Assembly (NCBI RefSeq): GCF_009914755.1
Contig: NC_060928.1
Source of the DNA: the human T2T-CHM13v2.0 reference genome, Homo sapiens
Length of the DNA: 64,000 bases
Strand: one strand, 5' to 3'
Shown in pieces: positions 53,698 through 64,000 of the stretch; position 1 is the stretch's first letter, and each line of letters begins with the position of its first letter. The notes below the pieces were generated by a model. It made no database searches, had not been told where the DNA came from, and saw only the letters and a program-made list of their open reading frames with translations. Position numbers and translations under genes: made by a program.

Positions 53698-54684
53698 AAT
53701 CCAAGTTCTGAGAACCTACATTTTAAACAAGCTTCCTGGATATTTTTATGTACACTAAATCTGAGAACTACATGCATAAATTCAGCTCCAGGAAGTTAGG
53801 ATTCAGGTCTATTTTGTTCCCTGTGGTATATTCAGCACATAACAAAATATCTGGCAGGCAATAGTGTTTTATTTTATTTTTAAAATAAAACGTACAACTA
53901 ATTCTCAAATATTCCTTCCTTTTTATTTTGAGGATCCTTCTAAATGGTGGAAAGACAAATATACTACATTCTGTAAAGTAAAAGACAGATAATCTTGTTT
54001 TTAGATGTATTTTCAACTTTTGTAAAATGGCTCCTGTGAGTAGATTATCTTGCTTGCCAAGAGCCTATTTTTACAAGTGTTTTTCAATTTACATCACTGG
54101 GTAACTCTACAAGCATCATAGCTTTGCTGAAGTAACGTTAGAAATGAAGCAAACAATAGGGTTGGGTGTCTTCTGAGTTACTGAGAAACCAAAGACACAG
54201 CTCCCCGAAGTGAGAGATGCCTGCCCCCCAACCTGCAAAGATAGGCTGTCCAATGGGGCGTGTGTCTAGTACATAATTCTCCTGGAAGAATTAGCAGAGC
54301 GAGTTGAGACTTTCAATTCAGCACCTATAGAATTCAATAGCTCATGAAGGACTGTGTTTTCTAGAAAAAAAAAATGGGATGGGGAACAGGGTAGAGGAAT
54401 TTACTCTCAAGAAGAAATGCTTTTGACATGTTTTTCTAACCTCCATCAGCTGACCTTTTCCAAGAAAAGAAATACATTTAATTTGATTTCCAGATTTGTG
54501 ATCTACACAACTTATTTATAGTTACTTCGTCCTCCAGGCCTGAAGAATTTAGAAGATAATAGAAGTGGCAATGTTAAAATCCCAAAATCAAGCCTTAATA
54601 AACATAGAAGCTTGTGGGCATTCCTGGCTAGAGATTAATTTGGCACTATTTCAAACTAATATTCTTGAAAATTTTAAAGTATCT

Positions 54685-54990
54685 GTCATTAATTGAGCAC
54701 TACTTGTGCCAGGCTGTGTTCTGTGTACTATTATACGTAATATACTATTATATGTAACTTACTACTATATCATAACATTCTATTATTTGTACTATTATAT
54801 GTACTGTTCTATGTACTGCATGAGTACATTTAACCTTCTCAACATTTCTATTCATAATGTACAGTTATTTTCAGATAAGGAAATAAAAGCAATGAGAAGT
54901 TAAATTGTCCAGCACCCTCCTCCTCCTATGTGGTCATGTGACCCCCAGAGATTCCAACTCAGGCACTCTTAGTTCTGCTACTCTAGTGAA
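54685..54990 (-). mobile_element. MIR SINE with internal AT-rich expansion
   Basis: cattaattgagcactacttgtgccagg ... attttcagataaggaaat...gagaagttaaat. Confidence 0.7.
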
Positions 54991-56169
54991 GGGCAGGGAA
55001 CGAGTCTCCTGGGAGGTAGTTCTAATGCCTGTGCTCCTGGGAACCTAACTGAAGCCCTGCCACTGCTCATTTGTCTCCCCTTTCTAAAATCATCTATTAC
55101 TCCAGCCTGCTTTTTTTTTCTTAGTGGGTGAACAGGGTTTCTCTACCAATTTCCCCCAGGGGCTTGTTACATATTCCTTTTATTATACTTACTATTCTCT
55201 GAGGTGACTTCTGGTAAATTCAACTTTCTTCATTCCCTAATATTGCCAGTGAAGCTTTCACAAACCGTATAGTATAGTATTCTGTGCTGGGTTAAAAAGC
55301 TGCCCCCCCCAAAAAAAAAAAAAAAAAAAAGCATTTAAACCTAACTGCCCTTAAAGTCAAGGCAAGCTTGAGACATTTTGATGCAAGACCCTATTCCTAA
55401 TGGTCACAAGGAATACTGAATGAACGCTGGCAAATGAGAGGACGGGAGAATTGTTTTGGGTTGATATGGATGCAGAACGGTAATGTGGTTGGTTTGTGTT
55501 TTTTTCCTAATTAGCCTACTTAGTGAGGGATTCATATTAGACAGTCCTGAACAATCGATATCCTTAGAAGATACACCAAAGAGGATATAGCCCTGCAGGG
55601 AAGGCTTCCACTGTCCTTTCTGCATGCAAATGCAAGATTCTGAGGCCTAGCGATTTCAAAATGGGCAACTGACAAACAGACTTTATACTTGTAGTATAAT
55701 AGACTTGAAGAAACCTCCATTGACTCCAATTTTAAAGATGATTTTCATTGCTGATGTACATGTTTCTGGCATTTCCCACCCTCTCTGAGATAAGTCTGAA
55801 AAATAGGAAGGAAGGAAGTTTGGTTTTCTATGAAAACACAGTTCCACATAAACTACAGAACTTTTTTGAAGTGCCAAATGCACACTTAGCCTGAATCTAG
55901 TAATTTGATTCTCCTGGCCAAATCTACTTGCCATAAATATTCTCATAACAATAGCCAGCCAAGTGTGTTTGAAAAGTAGCAGTTATCTCTGGTTTGAGTG
56001 CTGTGTCTTTAGGTTCTTGGGAACTGTAGGTAATATCCAACAGTAATGTACTTGTAACTGTATCCAGTATCATTACTGAAATTTAAATTTACTTTATGCT
56101 AAGAATTGATTTTTAAATATCCCTCATCATAGGGACTGGTTGTAGAGACACTAGAGAATCATGATGTTG

Positions 56170-56830
56170 ACTGCTTTAACCAATACTGAGCACCCACTGT
56201 ATACTAAGCTTTGTATAATTTTTGGTGCTACCGTACTAGCTTGAGTTAAATATGGTCTAGACTCAGTTCCTAAGGAGTTCATGGAAATGGATGTGTAAAT
56301 GAAATGGTTTCAGGAAAGATCAAGGAAAGCTTCACAGAGAAAGTAGCACTTCCACAGGGTTTCAAAAAGTAAGTTTGCATTCTCCAGGTAGATCTAAGGA
56401 AGAAAGAGGAGGAATAAGAGCACTTGAGTGCCAATCACAGTAATGTGAGTGGGGGAGGCCTATGAGGCTAAGGTCAATGGGATTTGTGATAGATGCTGGG
56501 AGGAAAATCTAGAAAGGGAATTTGAAGGGTCTTGAATGCCATATGAATGAGTTCAGATTTTGCCTGTAGGCAATCGAGAAACACTGAAAGGCTTTAATCA
56601 GTGTAGTGACATACTTACATTAAGGTTTTAGAAAGATTACTCTAGTGGCAGTAGAAGCAGAAATTGTGGTGGTCATGCTGAAGACTGAGTGAGTGCTTAA
56701 AGGATTATAATTATACTTATAAATGATATAATCATAATAAAATGGTTTACATGAGAGATAATATTAAACAGAAGAAAATTTTAGTAATAAAGATGGAAAG
56801 GACAAAAGACATTTGAGACATTTGACTCCA
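56170..56830 (-). mobile_element. L2 LINE fragment
   Basis: tactgagcacccactgtatac, tgaagggtcttgaatgcca, ttttagaaagattactctagtggcag. Confidence 0.7.
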
Positions 56831-58775
56831 GTTTCTTAAATTAGTGGATGTTCAAGTTTTTTTCAAGCATTTTAATCTTCTAACCCTCTAAGAAGACTTA
56901 TCTGAAATACTTATATATTAAATGAATAAGTTGTATTTTGTTAATAAATGTAATATGGAAATTCAAACATGTATTTACTTATATAAACTCAATTACTAAA
57001 ATCAATGTAGCTGATTTACTACAGACAAATTTGCTAATAAATTCTATGATTATAGATGAGAATTACTGAACTTTATCCATATTAACATATAATTTATTGA
57101 ATATATTTTAACTTGCATATACAGGATTCTTAAAAATAAGTAGTTACAAAGGGGTAAATGATCATTGCTTTACAAAAATTAGGTAACTTTGAAACATTAG
57201 ATACCTCCAATTACATTGGTTTGGAAGCTTGAAGGACCAGTATTTGAAATGCTTGTGTCAAAAATGTATCATTAATAATATTGAAAAATGCTTGAACTCT
57301 CTATAATAAATGTGAAAGTCTGAAATGGAGTGCTTAAAATATAAAAATATTAATTTATCTATGATATTATATTCTTGCTGTGTGATGTATTATGCATTCA
57401 CTTGTTATCGCACAACTGATTTTGGGCTAGGAGTAGTACATTCCCTGAAGGAGTGCTCCTAAGTCTTGCCAGCATTTGTTTGAGAGTAGCACACATAAGC
57501 TTTAGTAATAATCTTTCTTGCACATTTCTATGTGAACAGACATGGGCAAGTCTGATTTCCAAGAACGGCTAATGTAGAATGATTCTCTTCCTAATCAATG
57601 GTCATTTGTCTGGGGTGAGTTCTAGAATTGGTATTTTTAAAGAGTGCCCTACATGAGTCTTTCATGAGGCCAGTATTGGAAAGCCCAGTTCTTTCTGGCC
57701 AGCCTTATTTTGGGTGCCAGAGAGACATATGCAGTGGGAGAGAAAAATAAAGGCTAATTCTATATGTTGCCTAAGTGCTAAGAAAAACAAAACAAAAAAT
57801 GGGACAGCATATAAAATACTATGCTGGCTTGATACATGAGTAATTAAATCTGATGTTGGTATTATTCTGATAAAGTTACAGTGATTATAATTTTGGAGAA
57901 GGAGGGAGAGGCTTTCAGTGGATTCCTGAAAGTGATGATGGTTGAGCTGGGAGTAGGTTTCTCTCAGTGGAGAGGAAATAGTATGAATAAAAGTACGACA
58001 TTTTGAGATGTAGGTAGTCATCCTCTGGTTTTGATACTGGGCAAAGATGCTTAGGCACTTCAGAGGTTTTCTGGCCCATCTTTCTAATCCTGAGCATAAC
58101 TTCCCAGAATGGATCTATGGTGTCTCTCATGGCACCCCGTGTATACTGGGAGGCCTAGGTTTTCTCAGTAACTTCCTTATAATTATAAAGAGCATTAACT
58201 CTTTAAGATAATGCATGAGTAGATATAATTTCATAAATGGAATTGGTAGAGCTTGAAAAGTTAATGCACTTTCCCAAGTTAGCATCTTAGTTACTTTTCA
58301 AAAGCAGGACAAAAACCATTGCTTGTCAGAGTAAGATATAAAGCAAAGAACTCTTTTTCCCCATGAGGTCTAATAGAGCAAATCACCTACAAGGAAGACA
58401 TTATTTTTTGCCTGAATGGTAGGAGCGTGTGGTGAGTCATGAATCAATAAAAACATTACCATAAGCTATTTAGTGATTCATCTCTTTCTTATTTCTAAAA
58501 TAGGCTTCAAACAGAAGAACATTTTACTTATATCCTCAGATTGTGCTCTGAGATGCGCTTATAAAATTCTAGGGTCAAACTCTACATTTGACTGCTAGAA
58601 TAAAATTCCCATTGATGCAAAACTTCAGGAAATTTGTGGTTTGCAGAAGAAAGGTAATAATACTCGTTTCTCTGCTTCCATTTGAGAAAGTTTTTAGATT
58701 TTCTTTCCTCTGTAATTAAGTGAAATTGGATCTTACTTTTCATACTTTACTATTTTTGAAAAGCAGATTGCTAAA

Positions 58776-59393
58776 TGTGGCAAACTGTATTTTCCAAAAA
58801 TGGCCAAAGCAATATTCCCAGGACAAAGTGTTCTAGAACTTTACCATTCCTCTGTCAAGAAGAAGAGTCTATTTCCTTTCCCATTGACACTAGGAAGGCC
58901 TTGTGACCACGTAGATTAAAAGAATGTGTATGAGTGACACAGTGTGTCTGTTTCTCTACTCTTCTCTCTTGACCTTGGGTGGACCTTTTTGACCACCCCT
59001 GTGAATAAAATGCAGTGAAAGTAATGCTTGTGAGGTTCAGGCAGAAAAAGTCGTACAGCGTCTGCGTGGTTCTCTCACTCTTGGGAAGCTTGCCCTTAGA
59101 ATTCAGCCACCATGTTGTGAGGAAGCAGAGGCCACATGGAGGGCCCACATGTATATGTTCTGGTTGACAAGCCAGCTATTGTCCTGGCTAACAGCTAATA
59201 CTGACTGTCAAACATGGAAGTGAGCAAATCATCTGATGTTTCCAGATCCTTGCATTTGAGCCATTCTAGTTGAGGCCAAGATATCACTACCTAATCCTGC
59301 TTAAACTGCAGATTTGGGAATAAAATAAGTCTTTTTACTTTAAGCCACTAAGCTTTATGGTGGTTTTCTACACAGCAATAGATAATTGGAACG
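58776..59393 (+). mobile_element. MLT1 (F/G/H-like) MaLR LTR
   Basis: tgtggcaaactgtattttccaaaaatggcca...cagccaccatgttgtgaggaagc...acagcaatagataattggaac. Confidence 0.78.
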
Positions 59394-59876
59394 CTAAACA
59401 ATAGCAATGAATAAGCAGAATTTTTTTTCATTTCAAGATGTTTCTCAAGATTTAAACAATGCGACTTTAAATAAATTAAAAGATGTATTAATCAATACGT
59501 CTATTGTAAAGTAGCAGAAAGAAGATTCAACAATTACTCTGGAACAGAAGCAGAGGAATCCGTTTCAGAATTAGCTCCTATTTTCAACCTCCCATCCCTC
59601 TCCATCTCCTAAGTTGATACAGAACTATATGCCTGACATTTAATAGTCAATTGATTTAGGGAAAAATAGGGCTCAGAATTTAGTTAAGGATAGCCAAACT
59701 TGTACCTGACTGATTTTCCCCAAGCATTCTGTTTATTGATATGTAATAAATACAAGTCACAAGAAATGGTGCAAGTTCTCTTCATAAGATCCTCTTTCTT
59801 CTCATTGTGAACAGATATGCTGCAGAAACCCAATGAACAACCTTTCCAGTGCATTTCTCCCCAGTGTAGAGCAGGC

Positions 59877-60232
59877 CTTCTTAATCTGTTCAGCCTGCTA
59901 ATAACAAAATACCATATGCTGGGTAACTTATAAACAACAGAAATTTATTTCTCATACTTCTGGAGGCTGTGAAATCCAAAATCAAGATGCCAGCAGATTC
60001 AGTGGCTGGCGAGGGCCTGCTCCTTATAGATGGTCCCTTCTAGCTATGTCCTCACATGGTGGAAGGGTAAAGAAGCTCCCTTGGGCTCTTTTATAAGGGC
60101 ACTAATCTCGTTCATAAGGGCTCCATCTCATGACCTCATCACCACCCAACGATCCTACCTCTTAATACTATTGCACTGGGGATGAAGTTTTAACAGGAAT
60201 TTTGTGAGACCACAAACATTCAGACCATAGCA
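59877..60232 (-). mobile_element. MLT1A-like MaLR solo LTR
   Basis: gctaataacaaaataccat...aaacaacagaaatttatttctcat...aaacattcagaccatagca. Confidence 0.85.
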
Positions 60233-60801
60233 CTCACCCATACCCCAGCCTTTTTGCCATCCCTTCCTGCAGCTAATCTTAAGTTATCACTCTCTCAGTT
60301 CTTTTTTTAGAGTTGCTAGTGCTAATGAGGGATATCTTAGCTACAGTGACACTAAATCACTCTGCACTAATTTCAGATGAATATTCACTGTTACTCAGCA
60401 AGCCTTTTAAAAATTCAGTCCCTGATGACTTCTTTTTGAATTGCTAATAATTTAGAAGTTAGTTGTTCCAGACTTTTCAAAATCCCCTGATCATACTGTG
60501 AACTTCTAAGAGATGATCTAAATCCTTTTACATGAAGTTAGAGGCTTTTAGGATTCACTTTCCTTCTACTGTGACTCAATATCTCTACATAACAATAGCT
60601 TTGCCCCTACACCCTTAACTACAGCTTGGAACATCTGTCTCCACTGATGTTTATTTTCTTCCAATGCAGAAAGGTAGAAAGAATATCACCTTTGACCTCC
60701 TGCCGTTTCACCATCCAAATCTTACATCTGTATCCCTCCGCCTGAACAGGGTCTCCTTGGGGCAGGGCACTGTTACTCAGCACTGGTCTTGCTGTGTCTA
60801 A

Positions 60802-60832
60802 AACACACGCACACACACACACACGCACACAC
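60802..60832 (+). repeat. Interrupted (CA)n microsatellite
   Basis: acacacgcacacacacacacacgcacacac. Confidence 0.9.
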
Positions 60833-62349
60833 TGAAAGAGACTCCGAGAAAAAGGAAAAAAAAGGAAATGTTCTCCAAAGACATTGTGGATAATAATGTG
60901 GATTTTAGATTTTGTGGAAGGTGTCACAGAGATACAGAAATATGTACACTTCACACTTAACTCAGAACATTTTCCTAAAGATCATCTTTAAATATATTTC
61001 TCTTTTCTCCAGGTGGCCACTGTTACCCCTTCACCATTTCTTTTTGTCTCTATCACTGTTCCCTTTAGCCCTCTACTTTTTCCCCCTCTTTTGGCTGCTC
61101 TAGCTCTTTTGTGGCACTCCCAGAAATTCTTTCCAGTATTTTCCTTGCAGAAAATAATTTAATCTCTCTTTGTTCTCCTATTTGTATTTCCATCCACTAT
61201 CCAGCTTAACACAACAAAATCTTGTCCTTGAAATCCAGCATTCCTGAAAGATGAAAGGAGGAAGGGTGGACACATGTTATTCAGTATGTTCTGATTCCAT
61301 GCATCGTTTCAGTCTTATATTGTCCCCTCAAGGTGCGTGCCCCTTTGTCTTTCTCTTCCCTTTCACTTTTAGATCCAGCTTTCCTGCAGAAAGTCTGATT
61401 TCTCTGCTCCTACATATTACAAACCTGCAGGGTCAGGCCTGTGATTGTCCAGAGTTGCCTATTACTGGCTGGACACATTTGTCGAATTCAGAAATAAAAC
61501 AGAAGAGGCCTGTTGTGGTTGTAAGTCGCCTGCTTCCCAACCATGTATTTATTATAATAAAGTTGATATTTTAATATCTATCCTTCTGATCTTGGTGGAA
61601 TTTGAATCCAGGAGTGGAAAAGAAGGGTGTTATTTTGTGGGCTTTCTAAATTTGAAAGTTAAAAATTATGCAAGGCACTAAAGTTTTCATTTCAAAGCAA
61701 CTAAACACTATGTAAAAAAGAAAGTATGCTATTATACCTAGATGTTTATTTCTTTCCTGTCTTGATCTTTTTGGATGTCTAAATTTTTATATCTCACTTT
61801 CATGGTGTAGCTGACTAAGCCATTAGTAACTTCAAGAAAGTGTTCTATTTTTACAAAAGGATGTTTTCCTAACATGTGCTCTAACCATGCCCAATGAGTA
61901 CTTGGTAGCCACCCAAATGCAAGCCAATTTCCATAGTGGTAATTGATGACAACACTGCTATTCCTATCACATTCAACTCTATGTCTCAATTAATATTCCC
62001 AACATATGGTGGCCTAATGAATCACTTGTATCGAGAATGGTGCGTCTGTCTAAACCAGTGGTTCAAGAGGGCATACTTGATTCACTTTGAGAGCTTTTAT
62101 AAACTATGCAAGAACATTCTTCCCTTCCCTTGCACAATATTCTAGCCACCTTATGGTCAGAGTAATCACCAATTAGGTTAGAAAACAGACTGTAGATTCT
62201 TCATTTGGCTTATTTATGTTTCCTATACTTGTACATGTCTTCTGATTTCTAAGACTTGGGTAACTTATTATTTTATTCTAATTTCTTTCCTATTTTTAAA
62301 ATATGCATTAAATTGGTCTTTTGTGGATTGATAGTACATACCACCTAAG

Positions 62350-62600
62350 AGTGTGGACTTTTACAATAGTAGTGAAAGGTAGATTAAAGTGTCCGCCCTG
62401 TTTCTGTGTGAATTTTGTTAACCCCTGGTTTCTTTATGTATAAAATGGAGAGAGTAGGAATATCTTTCTCATAGGAATACTTTTAAGATTAAAAAACAAA
62501 AAGAGATGATGCATATAAAATGCTAGGCAAAATATGCAACTCAAATGTATGGGCAGTGGCAAGCATTCAATAAGATATTAGGTATTATTGTTGTTATTAT
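62350..62600 (+). mobile_element. MIR SINE
   Basis: gtttctttatgtataaaatggagagag...gatgatgcatataaaatgct...cattcaataa...tattattgttgttatt. Confidence 0.6.
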
Positions 62601-62730
62601 CATTAGCTTTTAGCTTGTGTTAATTCAAGAAGAGAGTTTGTTTTTTACGCTTTTGCTAATCACCTTTTATTATATCTTACATTCTATGTTGCTGCCCAAC
62701 CCTGAAGGGACTTTAAATAATTCTCCATCT

Positions 62731-62767
62731 CCCAGCCTGGGTGACAGAGCGAGACTCTGTCTCTAAA

Positions 62768-62800
<33 letters not shown>
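62731..62800 (+). mobile_element. Severely 5'-truncated Alu with (AAT)n tail
   Basis: ccagcctgggtgacagagcgagactctgtctc then (AAT)n; TSD aataattctccatct / aataatgctccattt. Confidence 0.88.
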
Positions 62801-62807
<7 letters not shown>

Positions 62808-63071
62808 CTCCATTTCTTTCAAGGGAAAGATTCACAACACCATCAGCCTCAATTGGAATTAGTTAACAACCAGGCCAGCTGCATGACAATGGACAATTTA
62901 TCTCACATGACTCTTTCAATAAATATTTTTGAGTGCCTGGTCATTGAACTAGGTCCTATAAGATCCCTTTCCTGAAATGGTATCATTTGTTTAAGAATAT
63001 TTTACTATTTAAGTCTGGCCTTCTCTAATTATTTCATATTAGTATGTGTATCTGTATAAGAAACAGTGAGG

Positions 63072-63345
63072 GGCCGAGTGTGGTGGCTCATGCCTGTAAT
63101 CCCAGCACTTTGGGAGACTGAGGTGGGAGGATTGCTTGAGTCCAGGAGTTTGAGATCAGGCTGGGCAACATAGTGAGACCTCATCTCTACAAAAAAATTA
63201 GAAAATTAGCTGGGCATAATGGTGCATGTCTGTGGTCCCAGTTACTGAGAAGGCTTAGGTGGGAGGATGGCTTGAGCCGTAATTGTACCACTACACTCCA
63301 GCCTGAGCCACAGAGTGAGACTCTGTCTTAAAAAAAAGAAAAAAT
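63072..63345 (+). mobile_element. AluJ with internal right-arm deletion
   Basis: ggccgagtgtggtggctc start, J-type gattgcttgagtccaggag, A-tail. Confidence 0.92.
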
Positions 63346-63486
63346 GAAACCAAAAATTAATGAACTGATCTCATTCGATCTCTGATAAGTCATAGCATGG
63401 AAGATTTCAGTGACAATTTACCTATTCAATAATGAATATTCCATACAAATGTTACTCTTATCCATCTTCCATGCCTTACTAAGAAT

Positions 63487-63670
63487 TAGAGTTACCAGCT
63501 AAAATGCAGGATGCCTAGTTAAATTTTAATTTCAGATAAAAATATAAATAATTTCTTAACATAGCTATGTCCCAAATATTGCAAGGGACATACTTCTGCA
63601 ACATCACTTGTTGTTTATTTGAAATTCAAATTTAGTTGCATGTGCTATGTTTTTATTTGCTAAATCTGAA
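63487..63670. mobile_element. MER53 (palindromic hAT MITE)
   Basis: tagagttaccag..aaaatgcagga..agttaaattttaatttcagataaa ... tttatttgaaattcaaatttagttg, centred on tatgtcccaaatattgcaagggacata. Confidence 0.88.
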
Positions 63671-64000
63671 TTTCTGTTAATGCAAGCAGAAAGGAGACTT
63701 AAAAACTAAAATAATGGTAATGCATTTAGTCTGATTGCTGGATTTAGAGATTGCAAGGCCATGCTATTCTCTTTCATTAGTTTGTATACTATTTTTTAAA
63801 CAACATGATCAACCAGTTATTTGCCATGGTTGAAGAAAAGGCTGCCTGGGCTCGTTCACTTTGTGGTTAGAGGATACATACCTTAAATCTACAAATACAG
63901 GACAAGAATGTTGTTGGCTGTCATTCTACTCAGGCTTAAATGATGTAGTATCAAAGGCCCAATTCAAGTCCTGCTGTCTTTCCAGGGGCCCTAAACCCTG

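Larger units (their letters stand above)
53380..53773 (+). mobile_element. MER5A (hAT-Charlie MITE) split by an insertion at 53476-53695
   Basis: Left half gtggttct...agattccagggc...gaatcagaatc; right half cattttaaacaagcttcctgg...tacactaaatctgagaactac. Confidence 0.75.

Noticed and set aside
55404-55946. Cluster of short minus-strand ORFs after a strong acceptor (cttcctatttttcag at ~55796)
   Set aside because: All three frames stop soon after the acceptor and no protein similarity is recognisable.
63876-63920. 7-nt minus-strand micro-exon pattern (ttgtag|ATTTAAG|gtatgt)
   Set aside because: Not frame-preserving, no host gene established, and such short patterns are expected by chance.

Overview
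AT-rich, CpG-poor primate (human-like) genomic DNA, intergenic or deep intronic. I could not recognise any host protein-coding exon, RNA gene or CpG island. Most of the window is transposable-element relics: a 5'-truncated L1PA (31394-~36630), near-full-length Tigger1 and HSMAR2 DNA transposons, seven Alu/FLAM copies, ERV1, ERVL and MaLR solo LTRs, hAT/Tc-mariner MITEs, and many L2, MIR and L1M fragments. All long ORFs in the track come from these repeats or from simple sequence. I found no evidence for a novel multi-gene system. The most interesting signals are structural: (1) the L1 carries a 3' transduction, enclosed within a perfect 16-bp TSD and with its own AATAAA and A-tail; (2) a MER5A is split by a ~220-bp insert copied from two nearby downstream segments in swapped order, with a 9-bp junction duplication and microhomologies; (3) a template-switch-like double palindrome sits at an L2 tail; (4) an unexplained exon-like insert lies inside that L2; (5) a UG-repeat cryptic-exon-like unit is present on the minus strand. 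Repeat family names come from recalled consensus sequences, not a database search, and boundaries of old repeats are approximate.
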